A stretch of DNA of 64,000 bases from Octopus vulgaris (taxonomy: Eukaryota): contig OX597826.1 of assembly GCA_951406725.2 (NCBI GenBank), positions 77,872,001-77,936,000 on the forward strand, in the 5' to 3' direction. The notes under the pieces are model-generated. The model was given only the letters and a program-made list of their open reading frames with translations, searched no databases and was not told the origin of the DNA. Of this stretch, positions 24,921-41,190 are shown piece by piece. The first letter of the stretch is position 1; each line of letters opens with the position of its first letter. The position numbers were made by a program, and so were the translations under genes.

Positions 24921-25903
24921 TTTGTATATGCATATATATTCATATGTATACATATATATATATTTATATATGTATGTGTATATATATATGCTTACATACA
25001 CACGCGCGCACACCACACACACAAACACAGAAACAGCACACATCCGGTCACATGCATAGACGCACATACATATACAATACGTCACAGCATATTTTTATCT
25101 GCAGATGAAGCTATGTTCACATGCATCCTCAATAATATAAGGCGTAAGCTGCTCTCAACAAAAATGGATTTACCGAGAAGGTACATATAATATCCCGAAT
25201 CAAAGGATCGGAATCCTAAAATTTCGTAATATACAGCTGTGAAATATCTGAAGATTTCTTGGCCTGGTTTATCATTTTCCGGGTCAAGTTTATCATTTTC
25301 CGAGTCAAACATTACTACCTCTATTAGAAGTTTCAACGCCAAACAAATTTTTATCGGACAGTTACCCTCTTGATGTTAATTGCCTGCCAAATTCATTAAT
25401 ATACAACTCTAAGATAGTTGAGTGATGATTTTAAACGAAATCTTACGCTGGATTAACTGCACAACATTTTAAGATACGGAATTATCAGCAGAGGCATTCC
25501 TTTGTTAAACCCGAAAGCAACTTTAAAAAGTTTTTGTCGTAGTATATTTATTTCTGAAAGAGGAAAGCAAGCATAATGTAGGTATGAATTTTCCTTGGAT
25601 CAATCTGACACGAACAACCATCGAAGCTATAGATCGATAATTCCTGGTCGAGTCGGCCTATGTGAAACGCTCTTGATATTCTTATGGGATTCTTATCGTT
25701 TGAAATTATAAGCAAAACTGTTACACCCAAGTAAATATGCACCAAAGTACCCTCTGGTCGATTATAAACCTGCTCAGTCGATAACACCAAACTCATTTTG
25801 TCCTGTGTAATGTCAGGCATGTGTGTGTCTGTGTGTCTGTGTGTTTGTGCGCGTGCGCGTGCGCGTATATGTATACACACGCACGAGCTTAAGTATTCAT
25901 ATA

Positions 25904-26129
25904 TTCTTTTATTTGCTTCAGTCATTTGACTGCGGCCATGATGGAGCACAGCCTTTAGTCGAACAAATCGATCCCAGGACTTATTCTTTGTAAGCCCAGT
26001 ACTTATTCTGTCGGTCAGTTTTGCCGAACCGCTAGGTTACAGGGACGTAAACACACCAGCATCGGTTGTCAATTGATGTTACGGAGACAAGCACAGATAC
26101 ACAAACACACACACACACACACACACATA

Positions 26130-26222
<93 letters not shown>

Positions 26223-26381
26223 GACGGACTTCTTTCAGTTTCCGTCTACCAAATCCACTCACAAGGCTTTGGTCGGCCCGAGGCTATAGCAGAAGACACT
26301 TGCCCAGGTTGCCACGCAGTGGGACTGAACCCGGAACCATGTGGTTTGTAAGCAAGCTACTTACCACACAACCATTCCTGC
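25904..26381 (-). mobile_element. SINE family B, full length
   Basis: Reverse complement of 48503-48937 with an internal (CA)n(TA)n tract. Confidence 0.93.
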
Positions 26382-26856
26382 ATACATACCTACATACATG
26401 CAGGCATTACTGTCTTACACGAATTGGTATCAATTAATTTTTGTTTACAATTCAATCACATACATTGTTCATTCGGCATAGTAAAAAGAATGTTCGCCCT
26501 GCACACGAAATTTTCTAGACATTGTCATCATCTGATTCCAGTATTTCAATATTGTACAGTTAACGCTTTTTACACGATTGTATATTCTTTATATCAATTT
26601 TGTTATGCTTTAATCGCGTGCATACTCTATTAAATAAATATCATAAATTATGTGGACTTTATTATGGTAACTTCCATTAACTGGGGCCACCACACACCTG
26701 CCTCACTTGTTTTAATCATTCGATGCATGGAATTGTTTTCAAATTAAGGCCCCAAAGAACGATACCTTACAGATATTTTCAGCACCCAGTCGAAACATTA
26801 CATTTTAAAAATATTTTCTGCATTTTCTCTTTCGCTCCTGTATGTATGCATGTATA

Positions 26857-26887
<31 letters not shown>

Positions 26888-26943
26888 TTCTATACAGAGA
26901 GAGAGAGAAATAGATAGACAGATAAATAGATAGATTGACAGAG

Positions 26944-27006
<63 letters not shown>

Positions 27007-27049
27007 AAGATAGATAGACAGAATATGTGTGTGTGTGTATGTGTGTGAC

Positions 27050-27096
<47 letters not shown>

Positions 27097-27249
27097 TAAT
27101 ATCCCTCGTTGCTTGCTCTAAATTGTTCAAAAATGTTTCGTTTCTCATATTTCCTTTCCAAAGACAGAATTACATCCTGCGGCCTGTGTACATCCGTGTG
27201 TGTATGTAAACGCGTGCGCATATGTTTGTGTGCGTGCACTTATACATAT

Positions 27250-27284
<35 letters not shown>

Positions 27285-27814
27285 CACGCATACCTATATA
27301 CACGCACATATGTATATGTGCATGGCTGTCTGTCTGTCTGTATGTATGTATGTATGTATGTATGTATGTACATATACTGCTTCCCCGTTCTATTCAGCAT
27401 TACCGGCTGAAGATCGGCTGTGAGGAACGATTTGAGAATTTTGGGCTTCTTATAAATATAGCTCTATCTCCTGCATTGAGTACTCTCTTATGTCCTTCTT
27501 GTTAACAACAATTGTGTTCCCCCTCACGCAAACACGTGCAAGCAGATATATATATCATACTTGTGTGTGTGTGTGTATGTATACATATTGGTGTACATGT
27601 CTGTGCTGTGTGCTGCTTCGCACCTGATGGGTATGGACATAAACAACAACAGCAGCATCAACAACATCAACCGATTTAAGTATTTATATTACAAGACGTG
27701 TGTGTGTGTATGTGTGTGTGTGTGTGCGTATGTGTTTGTACCTCTGTGTAAATGTGTATATATTCACTATACGTTTATATGTGGAGACATACATCCACAT
27801 TGATCGTGTATTTA

Positions 27815-28589
27815 CGTTCTCACTCCTTCTCTTCTCTCTTTCATTCCTCCCCATTCTCACTCGTTCTTTCTCTCCTCCTTTTTTCTCTCCTTTCTCACTT
27901 CCTTCTTCTTTTCCTTTCATCCTGACCCTCTTTCCGTGCCTGCTTTGTTTATACTTCTTTCTCCTGGTTCGACCTTTTCACCTCGACTCTCCCCTCCATT
28001 CCTCTCCCTTCCCCTCTCTTTCTTTTCCCCTATTCTTTCTCCCCTCTCCCTTTCCCCTTTGTAACACTTTCTCACTATTACCATTCCCCACCCTATCCAC
28101 TCTTCCTCTTTCCTTCCTCTTCTTTCTTTTCACCTTCTTGTCCTCGTCTTTTCAACCTCTCACCATTTCACTCCTTTTTCTCATTCTCTCCTTCTTTCTC
28201 TACTTTCCACATCACTCACTCATTCCTTCTTTCCTTCCTTCCTTCCTTCCTTCCTTGCTTCCTACTTTCCTTCCCTCATTCATTCATTCGCCCCTTTTCT
28301 CCCCCTTTCACCCATTTCAAATCCCCCCTCCTTCACACCTTTCTCCTAAATCCTTCCTCTCTCATTCGCTCCTCGCACATCCTTGCTTCTTCATCTTTCC
28401 TTCTATCCTTCTCTCTTTCATAATCTCTCTTTCAAGTACTTCTTTCTCTCTCTTTCTCTCTCTCTCTCTGTCTGATTCTTTCCTTCCTACTTCTTCACAA
28501 TAGCCAACTCTTTCTCTCTCTTCCTCCCTCCCTCTCTCTATCTCTATCTCTATCTCTATCTCTATCTCTATATCTATCTCCATTTTCTG

Positions 28590-28658
<69 letters not shown>

Positions 28659-28661
28659 GTA

Positions 28662-28736
<75 letters not shown>

Positions 28737-28932
28737 CAAACTCACACCTCCCAACTCATTCTTTCTCTTTCGCTACCGTTCTTTCTTTCTCCTTCATTCT
28801 TCTCTCCCTCTCCCTTTCTTCTCTTTTTTTCCTTTTATCTTTTTGGTCTCTCCTCCTCTCCTCCTTTCTTCTTTTTTCTTTATCTCCCATCACACTTCTC
28901 TCTCTCCCTCTCTCCCTCCCCCCCTCTCTCCC

Positions 28933-28963
<31 letters not shown>

Positions 28964-29010
28964 TCAGTTTCCCGCTCTGCCTCCTCTCATTTCAGCTTCG
29001 CCTTATTCCC
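27815..29010. repeat. Long polypyrimidine/polypurine low-complexity tract
   Basis: About 1.2 kb strongly C/T-rich on + strand with (TTCC)n, (TC)n and (TCTA)n inserts; similar tracts at 34425-34640 and 41115-41640. Confidence 0.9.
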
Positions 29011-29132
29011 TCTCATAATAATCGACAATCCCGACCCTAACTCAAATCTATTTAATATTATCTTAACCCGATCCACTTAAACTTTTCAACCCCGTTGTTC
29101 CGAGATCGAATCTCCGAGAAAGAACTTTTCCT

Positions 29133-29337
29133 GAGCTGGCGGAAACGTTAGCGGGCGCAGCATTCGTAGCGGCTCCTGAAGTACTGAGTTCAAATCTCGC
29201 TTGTCATTGACTTCCCTCAACTTTGCCTTTCATCCTTTCGGAGTCAATACAAGAAATTATTTATCAAATACTAGAATCCATGATATCAAATATTCTTCGC
29301 CTCTCAAAATTGCTGGTCTTGCGCTTAAATTTGAAAG
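29133..29337 (+). mobile_element. SINE family A
   Basis: gagctggcggaaacgttagc...ctgagttcaaatc...aactttgcctttcatcctttcggagtc...aaatttgaaa. Confidence 0.85.
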
Positions 29338-29790
<453 letters not shown>

Positions 29791-29794
29791 GAAT

Positions 29795-29990
29795 GGCGGC
29801 GAGCGAGCAGAATCGTAAGCACACCGCACCGGAAAATATGCCAAGTGGTATATCGTCCATCTTTACGTTCAAATCATGCCGAGATCGACTTTGCCCTTCA
29901 CCCTTTCGTGGCTCGGTAAAATGACTACGTGTCAAGTCCCGGGGGGTCAAGGCAAACGACTTCCTCCGCTCAAAAACTGCTGTCCCAAAT
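29795..29990 (+). mobile_element. SINE family A
   Basis: ggcggcgagcgagcagaatcgtaagcac...gagatcgactttgcccttcaccctttcg. Confidence 0.82.
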
Positions 29991-30076
29991 CTAATTCTAT
30001 TTCAGTTTTTTTTTACGCCTTCCATGGTGGGAGGTAAATAACAGTCATATATTCGGGGCCCTTGTTGTTCTTAATA

Positions 30077-30490
30077 ACGGTTTCGAATTTTGACACAAGG
30101 CCAGCAATTCTGGGGGAGGGCGCTAGTCGATAACATCGACCGCAGAGCTCAACTCGTACTTGTTTTATCGACCTCCGAAAGGATGAAAGGCAGGGTCGAC
30201 GATTGTTTAGCGCTAGGTCAGTCCTGATTGTGAGGAGGGGGTCTAGCCGATTACATCGACCCCCAGTGTTTCACTGGTTCTTAATTTATCGACCCTGAAA
30301 AGATGAAAGACAAAGTCGACCTCGGCGGAATTTGAACTCAGAACGTAGCGATGGACAAAATATCCGTAAGCAGGGACGTATGTTCGATGACCCTTCATTG
30401 GGGATCATTCCGCCATTTCAGTCGTACGTAGGGCTGCATTGAGATTTAGCTGCTATTTCTTGCGAGTCAAACGACAAAAAGTTAGACGCA
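30077..30490 (-). mobile_element. Nested cluster: SINE A (30077-30200), family C (30203-30490) interrupted by SINE A (30231-30372)
   Basis: Two gatgaaagRca.Rgtcgac cores; family C blocks ttgtttagcgctaggtcagtcctgat and gagatttagctgctatttcttgc. Confidence 0.75.
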
Positions 30491-30643
30491 CCCCCAAGTC
30501 ACCCCACCACCACCACCCCAACCAAGTGACTTCGGTTGTTGCGTTTGTTGTTGTTTCGGTGGTTTTGAGTATTTTTGCGAAAGAACTAAACGGAGAGAAA
30601 AGGTAGGCGTTTAATTAAAAACTGATGTGGACACCCACCAGCG

Positions 30644-30683
30644 GATGATGATGGTGGTGATGACGATGATGATGATGATGATA

Positions 30684-30717
<34 letters not shown>

Positions 30718-30732
30718 CGATGATGATGGTGG

Positions 30733-30775
<43 letters not shown>

Positions 30776-30845
30776 AATGATGACGATGATGATGATGATG
30801 ATGGTGATGATGACGATGATGATGATGATGATGATCATTGTGATA
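30644..30845. repeat. (GAT)n trinucleotide repeat
   Basis: Directly visible; similar arrays at 35482-35630 and 59658-59727. Confidence 0.95.
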
Positions 30846-30854
30846 GATAGACAG

Positions 30855-30929
<75 letters not shown>

Positions 30930-30959
30930 GATAAATAGAGAGAGAGAAAGAGAGAGATG

Positions 30960-31035
<76 letters not shown>

Positions 31036-31290
31036 CATAGATACATAGAGAGAGAGAGAAATAAGGATCGATAGATATAGTGATTAATCGATAAATAGAA
31101 AATGGTGATTATGTTGTAAAGGTATTTTTTTTAATATACCAAACGAAATCATCAGATTCAGTCTAAAGAGGGAATCAAATGATACAAATATATGTATTGT
31201 TGTGTGTGTGTGTGTTTGTACACCTGTATAGATACATACATTTGTGTATATAAGTTCGTACACACAAGCACACACACATGCAGACATACA

Positions 31291-31410
<120 letters not shown>

Positions 31411-31776
31411 CACGCGCACACACACCTGTATAAAACATTGGCTGTCACTCGTGAATAGATAGGATTCGGTCAGGTATATCCTGCTTTAGCTTAATGTATT
31501 AGGCACCTATGCACTTGAAAAGCAGTTGAGGGTACCGTTTCGGCCTCAGCCCTTGAGGAGAGAGAGAAAGGGAGGAGGGGGGAGGAAGAAAGACAGAGAG
31601 AGAGAGAGGGAGAGAGAGAGAGAGAGAGGGAGAAAGTGCCGACCGATACGTGACTGTTGCTCGCTTTCAGTTGAGTAGAATGGAGCAACGTCAAGTGCCT
31701 CTCTCACACACGCGCACACGTACACATACACACACATACATACACACATACACACACAGACACACACACACAGACA

Positions 31777-31912
31777 CGGTTTCAAATCTTCTTGGCACAA
31801 GGCCAGTGATTCCTGGGAAGGCGGTTAATTCGATTACATCGACTCCAGTACGCAACTGGTCCTTATGTTATCGACCCCGAAAAAGATGAAGGGCAAAGTC
31901 GTTCTTGGCGGA
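31777..31912 (-). mobile_element. SINE family A, head-truncated
   Basis: ggtttcaaatc...ggcacaaggccag...ccagtacgcaactgg...tcgaccccgaaaaagatgaagggcaaagtcg. Confidence 0.85.
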
Positions 31913-32216
31913 CATACGCATGAACGATATTAAAGAAATATTTATATGGAAGTAAAAATAAATTTCAGACAGAAAAAAAAAAAAACTAAAGCAAAGAAAA
32001 AAAAACGAAAATAGTGACAGATCGATAAAGAATATTGAGTGAATTCGAACCCCCGTTGCTAATATTTACATGGAACTCTTTGTACCGACTGTACCAAAGC
32101 GAGTGACTGCACGTATTTTGAAGAGAGGAAATGGATGGGCATAGAAACACCCAAGCCGTCCTTGCCAGCATCAGGCCATGCTGCAGCATAACTAGCACCA
32201 AATCTAAGCTAAAGAG

Positions 32217-32400
32217 ACTCACGTTCACCTTCAATATATTCCCCCACAGACACACAGACACACAGACACGAGCAAGGAAAAACAAGGGAGAGAAAGAAAG
32301 AAATCCCTGTAACAAATCATAAAAGGTAAAACTCCCCGGCCTCTGCCGAGAAATCTCAAGGTGGTTGGTCTGGCGCATGCGCACAACGGCTACGGCCCCT
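32217..32400 (-). promoter_or_regulatory. Candidate promoter and non-coding first exon
   Basis: NRF1-type palindrome GCGCATGCGC at 32373-32382 in a unique GC-richer island; minus-strand donor consensus AAC|GTGAGT at 32222-32217. Motif evidence only. Confidence 0.3.
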
Positions 32401-32780
32401 TGTTGACTTTCATTGCTGCACACGGCAGAATGCATTCGTTCTTACGTGTGCACGACACCTGTTGAGGTAGGATGCCCGTTCTAGTGCACTTTTTTGGTGA
32501 CAGCCATTGTAGCGTTGCACGCTTGCAGTTTGCAGCGACGGCAGCAGCAGATGCAGCAGCATCGAAAATGCCAGTAGTAGTAGTGGCGGTGGTGGTGGTG
32601 GTGGTGGTGATGATGGTGGTGTTCGAAAGAATAGCAGAAGTGGTGCTGGTGCTGGTGGCGGTGGCGGTAGCGATGGCGGTATCGGCGGCGTGTGTTATAG
32701 TAGTATGCAATGTCAAAGCAGGACATTCCGTATTTCGATGTGTGTGTGTGTGTGTTTGTGCCAGAGTGTATACATACATG

Positions 32781-32829
<49 letters not shown>

Positions 32830-33072
32830 CATATATATATATTTATATATATATATATATATACATACATATATGTATACATATACATATATATATGTGT
32901 GTATGTATATATATATCTATATGTATACATATACACATATACATAAACATATATAATATGTATTTGTGTGTACCTATCTATCTATCTATCTATATATATA
33001 TATATATATATATATGCATACATATATATATATACATACATATATATATATGTATATATATATGTATGTATA

Positions 33073-33126
<54 letters not shown>

Positions 33127-33714
33127 TATATATACACACACACACACACACACTCTCTCTTGCACACACATATCTCTACACCACGACGATCAACGTGTAC
33201 ATCATCATCACTTTCTTCGTCGCCATCGCCATCGCCATCGCCATCGCCATCGCCGTCGTCGTCTCACCGTTAAACAATTCACTCACTGGAATCTATAATC
33301 CTTATGCACACATTCAAAAACTCACTGGCGCGCGCACACGCACGCAGACATGTACAAAACGCACACACACACACACAAGCACACACAGACACATACAGCG
33401 CTATAAGTACACGCATACACAAACACACACACATAGAGATCTACTTCCATAAATGAACGGAAGCCTCACAAAATACATATTTTATTCGACACAGAAATAA
33501 CAGACCAACCCTAAACAGACATTCTAATGCAATACAGAATGTGTATGTATGATAGCATGTATGTGTTTGTGTGTGTGTATGTTTGTATGTACATATCTTT
33601 ATATTATATACACATATATATATATATAATATATGTATGTGTGTGTGTGTCTATGTATGCATGTATGTATATGCAACTTATATATATATTGTATACATAT
33701 ATTTTATTCTTTTT

Positions 33715-34215
<501 letters not shown>

Positions 34216-34248
34216 TATCTATCTTTTCTCGTTCTCTCCTGTAAAGAG

Positions 34249-34297
<49 letters not shown>

Positions 34298-34500
34298 TAT
34301 GCGTGTGTGTGTGTGTAATGTGTGTTTACAGAACTATACACACACTCTCATAGTTATACATATATGTATACAAAATACACCTATGATAAAATGCAACTTT
34401 GAAATGATCGCGTGCCGTAAAATTTTCTCCTTTTCTCCTTCTCTCTCTCCTGCATTCCCTCTCACTTCCTCCCTCTTTCTCTCTCCCGATCTGTCTCCCA

Positions 34501-34536
<36 letters not shown>

Positions 34537-34893
34537 ATATATATATCTCTCTCTAAATATCTCTCTCTATTTCTCTCTCTGTCTCTCTCTCCTATCTACC
34601 TATTTTTGTCTATCTTTGTCGTTCCTTTTCTCTTTCTCCTATCATTTTCATTATGAAGGCCTTAACTTTCACTTTCACTTTTCATCCAAACATATTCATC
34701 CATCTATCGATACATACATAAAACATACATATTTTAACATACATACACACATACAAACATACATACGTACGTATATACATACATACATGCAGACATACAC
34801 ACATGCAGACATACATACGTGTGTGAGTGCGAGAAAGAAAAGTGAAGGGAATTAAACAGTCGCCTTGACAGAGAAATAAGTCAGAAAGACGGG

Positions 34894-35019
<126 letters not shown>

Positions 35020-35721
35020 GAGATAGATAGATAGATAGAGAGAGATAGATAGATAGATAGGTAGATAGATTGCTATTTAAATTCTTCCTCCCTATACATA
35101 TACACACACATATAACTATCGCAGACAGACGCATTTCACACACGCGCCCTCTGCACATCGTCTCTGTAAACACCCATACACACACAAGCACACACACAAG
35201 CACACACACTCATACACACACACGCACATACACATACACCCACCTGATTTTTAGTTCCTCATGCTGGCCTCCTCCTTAAATCATTAGGTTACTCTTGTTA
35301 TCATTTTCGTACAGCTCGCACACACACACACACACTCACACACACTCACACACTCATGCACACACACTCACGCACACACACACACACTACACACACACAC
35401 ATACACACACACACACACACACAGACTCGCGCACGTTCACGGCGCTTCACACAAACACGCGTTATGCACGCACACATTTACACATCATCATCATCATCAT
35501 CATCATCACAACCATCATCAATATCATCATCATCATCATCATCATCTCCATCATCATCATCATCATCTCCATCATCATCATCATCATCGTCGTCATCGTC
35601 ATCGTCGTCATCGTCATCGTTATAGTCATCGTTCTTGTAAACATTTATTTCGCTGTACAAGGTTCTCTCAAACAAATGTTTTCAATTCTATATGGAAATA
35701 AGACGAGATTTAGTGTATATA

Positions 35722-35819
<98 letters not shown>

Positions 35820-35889
35820 TACATATATATATATATGTATATATATGAGTGTATATATATACATATATATATATACACATATATATACA

Positions 35890-35927
<38 letters not shown>

Positions 35928-36060
35928 TATGTATATATATATACATATACATATGTATGTATAAATATATATGTATATATATGTATATATACATATCATA
36001 TAAATTAGTATCATTTTTATACACATGCATATATATATATGTATATGTATATATAGATGT

Positions 36061-36099
<39 letters not shown>

Positions 36100-36247
36100 G
36101 TATGTGTGTGTGTGTAACAGAAATTCACCTTATTTGTGTCTATGAATATCCTTTTCACATATGTCTGTACGCTGAAAATAACCATAAAATGATTAAAGAT
36201 GCGCGCGCGCCGCGGTGTCTATACGTACAGCCATACACGTATACATT

Positions 36248-36278
<31 letters not shown>

Positions 36279-36606
36279 GCATGTGTGTTTTTGTGTGTCT
36301 GAGTGTATGTCTGTGTGTCTGTGTGTCTCATTGACTCGTTAAAACGTATTGCATTTTATGCTATGCACTATAGTTATACACACACACACACACACACGTA
36401 GAGAGATACAGGCACATCCCTATATACACGTTATGTATGTGTGTGTGTGTGTGTGTGTGTGCTTGCATGTGTGTGTGTGTGTGCTTGCGTGTGTGTGTGT
36501 GTGTGTCTGCCTATCTGTCTGTGTGTATGTGTGTGTCTAGATAGATAAATAGATAGATACATATATGTATACAATCATTTTATATCTGTTTGTATATGTA
36601 TATGCA

Positions 36607-36664
<58 letters not shown>

Positions 36665-36858
36665 CGTATAGAAACGCATTATCAAGGAGTGTATACGCAT
36701 GCAAAGTTATATATAAACACATATAAACATGTACACGATTTACGCACTGTAAATTTCACATAAACACACATACGTACACACGCCACATCCGCACACGTAT
36801 GTATATAAATATATACACATACATACATACACATATATGTATACATACATATATATAT

Positions 36859-36903
<45 letters not shown>

Positions 36904-37768
36904 TATATCATATATATATATATGATATATGATATATCATGCATACATACATGCATATATATACACACAATCACACACACACTCTGTTTTAAACATGTCC
37001 GTTTTCTGTTGCACACGGAAATGCATAAGTTTACTCATTTTGCTATGCATAGAAATGTCACTAATGCATGTGTAGATGCATGTGCGTGCAGTACATGCAT
37101 TTGGGTGTAAATAATGTTTGCATGTGTCTCTGCATAAGTATGTCAGGACTGTATATACGCGTGTTGGTGTGTGTATGTATGTATGTATGAACATTGGCGT
37201 GTGTATGCGTGTCCGTTTATATGTGTGTGAATGTATGCATGTATGAGGACAGGTACCTGAGTCGGCGCACCTGCCTTGAAAGGTATGCCTTCGTGTGTCT
37301 GATTAAGCGCGTAAGTTTAGTACACACGCACACACAAATATATATATACATATGTATGTCTACATGCACACACACAGGCACACATATATATATACATATA
37401 TTTATGTGAACACGGACACCTATACATACATGTGTGTGTGTGAGTGTGTGTGTGAGCATTTGTGCATATTAGACACTGAAGTTTTGTATGTGCGTGCTTG
37501 CGAGTGTATATATTCATATAGGCAACACAAGTTTGAACAAACTGCAATATACATCAAATGACCACGAACCCTTTTTCCGGATGTTATTCCACATCGTCTG
37601 TAATCCAGACTATTTGGACTCACTTCAAGAACAGAACAAAAAAAAAAAAAAAAGAAACAAATTCTTTATTTTCATCATAACCCATCAACCGATTTTTTTT
37701 CCTGTTGTATACCTATGCATTTCATTTTCTTTTTTTTTCTCATTCTTATTTCTGTTGTACATAAGGTA

Positions 37769-37802
<34 letters not shown>

Positions 37803-37927
37803 AGAGTGTGTCCTCGAATATCAGTGTGTATACTTGTATATAAGTGTGTATATGTCTATGTATATATAAATATATATATATATGTTTATATGCGTTTATA
37901 TATATGCATATATATATATATATATAG

Positions 37928-37993
<66 letters not shown>

Positions 37994-37995
37994 GT

Positions 37996-38044
<49 letters not shown>

Positions 38045-39289
38045 AATACACACTTACACACACACACACACACACACACATACACACACATATGTGTATA
38101 TGCATCGGTTCAAGCGTAGGGAAAGAAAAAGTGATATATATAAATGAAGATATGAATATATCTATATATTTATGTACATGTATGTATATTATATATATAC
38201 CTACCTTCCGTTATTTGGCATTCGCAAGTAAATAGAATTTCTGTAGGTAGAATTTAAAGCCCAGAAATCCGGCTGATTTTTGTCCAAGAGATTCACAGAA
38301 CACACGGATTGTTAAAAGCTGGAAGAGAGAAGAGACAGAACAGGTGTGTCCGCGTGGTAGTAAGTACTCCGTGTGTATATGCGTGCTTTTGTATCTGTGT
38401 GTCCGTCACTCTCTCTCGATCAGTGTGTGTTTGTGTACGTGTACGTGTGCGTGTGTGTGTGTGCGTTTGTGTTTGTGTTTGTGTGTGTCTGTATGTGTGC
38501 GCGTGAGATGTGAGAGTATGTATATATGTATGTGTGTGTATTGTGTTTGTGCTTGTGTGTGTATGCGTATGTGTATTTGTGTATTCGCGTTTTTGTCGCT
38601 CTTTCTGCCTGTGTGTATTTAATGTATGTTTGCATGTATCTGTATGTGTGTGGCGTGTGTGTAATTGTTTGTGTGTGTTTGTGCGTGTTTGTGTGTGTTT
38701 GTGTGTGTATGTATGTATGTATGTATGTATGTATGTATGTATGTATGCGCGTGTGTCGTGTGGTGGTCGGTCTGTTATGTATCCGTATAAGTGTACGGTA
38801 GATATGAATGAAGCCAGTCCGTGCTTAGCAGAGATATGCGCAATGAGACTCGATAGAGCTCACAAGCCAACCACACAGAGGCTTTTCGTTACTCCAGCAG
38901 ACGTGATGTACGGATCTCCTCCCGAGCACTGGCAGAAATTTTGCACGGAAAAAATACGCTGCTGCATGTGTAGTGCGCCTGCAAAGAGGAATACTTACTT
39001 GCATAGATATATATATACATCTTGTTATACATACAGATAAACGTTTGTAGGTGTGTGTGTATATACATACATGTATGCATGTTTCTATGTATGTATGTAT
39101 GTATGTATGTATGTACGTGTGTATGTATATATATATATATATACACACATACATATATATATGTATATGCATGTATGTATACATGTATGTATAAATGCAT
39201 AAATATATATATATATATACACGTATAGACATGTATATATGCATATATATTTGTATGTAATCATATAGCTATATATGAGTGTACATACG

Positions 39290-39335
<46 letters not shown>

Positions 39336-39414
39336 CGTGTGTGTGTGTTTGTGTGTATGTTTATACTTACACACACTCACACACAGATGTATATATAGAC
39401 ACAGACAGACAGAC

Positions 39415-39481
<67 letters not shown>

Positions 39482-39582
39482 AGTATTAATTAATTCGGCA
39501 ATATGATGACTTATCTATACACCTGTTTCGTTACCTAGTGTTAAACTTTTATAGGAGATGTATACTCAGACATATCATTCAG

Positions 39583-39676
<94 letters not shown>

Positions 39677-39719
39677 ATCTATGTATGTATGTATGTATGT
39701 ATGTATGTATGTATCTATG

Positions 39720-39826
<107 letters not shown>

Positions 39827-39876
39827 ATACATTATGTATGTATGTATGTATGTATGTATGTATGTATGTATATATG

Positions 39877-39958
<82 letters not shown>

Positions 39959-40425
39959 GGGGAATGCACACATACGTAGACGTGTGTACATATTTGCCTG
40001 TGTGCATGTATATGCGCGTGATTGTATGTTTGGGGGTGCTCGTTGCTTTTCGCATATGAACAGGGTGTATATTGAGACATGCTTGCTTTTGCATGGGCAA
40101 GGGCATTGACCTCTTGAAACGGATTCTACACGTGCCATATGGCTGCAGGTGTACACCTCTTTCGAACAACGTGTTTATGTGTGCACATATGAATATATAT
40201 GTATGGTTATATATGCATAAGCATCGCTCTCTCTATCTCTCTCCTTTCTCTCCCTATCTCTCTCTGTATATATATATACATACATGCATATGCACATACA
40301 TACACACATACATCTATATATATATAATATATATTTATATATATATATATATATATAAATTTTTTCTCCGTGGTTTCTTACGGCTTCGAATGAACCCCAA
40401 GCATATTTGAACTGCATACACATAC

Positions 40426-40492
<67 letters not shown>

Positions 40493-40493
40493 C

Positions 40494-40619
40494 GAGCCTG
40501 ACTTTGCCTTTCATCCTTTCGGAGTCGATAAATTAAGTATGAGTTGCGTACTGGAGGTCGATCTAATCGATTAGGCCCCTCCCCCAAAATTTCGGGCCTT
40601 GTGTGCCTAGAGTAGAAAA
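40494..40619 (+). mobile_element. SINE family A, head-truncated
   Basis: gactttgcctttcatcctttcggagtcgataaattaagta...ccccaaaatttcgggccttgtgtgcctagagtagaaaag. Confidence 0.88.
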
Positions 40620-40627
40620 GTATACAT

Positions 40628-40735
<108 letters not shown>

Positions 40736-40781
40736 GTATATATATACGTATATATATATACATACATATATACATGCATAC

Positions 40782-40828
<47 letters not shown>

Positions 40829-41140
40829 TATATATGTATATATATATATGTATGTATACACGTTCACATATGTATGTATCCATGTTTATATATACATATA
40901 TGTGTGTGTGTGTACATGTGTATGTGTGTGCATTTGTATCTCTATGTGTTTTATTTCGTATGTAGCAGAGAGCGTGCGTGCGCATGTGTGCGTGCGCATG
41001 TGTCAAATGGTGCTTCCAGACTGCAATGATAAATGCTCTCTGCCTAAAAGGGACAAGTCTGGACAGGATTAACCAACCAATCTCAAATTCCACTGGAACC
41101 ATGTTTATCTAGAACTTCCAAGCTCTCTCATTCTCACAAC

Positions 41141-41190
<50 letters not shown>

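Noticed and set aside
27700-28503. 267-aa F/L/S/P-rich membrane-like ORF
   Set aside because: Product of a polypyrimidine tract, in which stop codons are rare.
32464-32472. let-7 seed-like TGAGGTAG, and similar seed-only matches at 2864 (miR-92-like) and 62818 (miR-1-like)
   Set aside because: Matches stop after about 8-10 nt and no precursor hairpin is evident.
32472-33452. 326-aa ORF
   Set aside because: Poly-A/V start from GCA/GTG triplets followed by (TA)n/(CA)n translations.
38979-38998. Minus-strand GTAAGT...TTTGCAG resembling a 20-nt intron
   Set aside because: Too short for a typical metazoan spliceosomal intron, and flanking frames are not protein-like.
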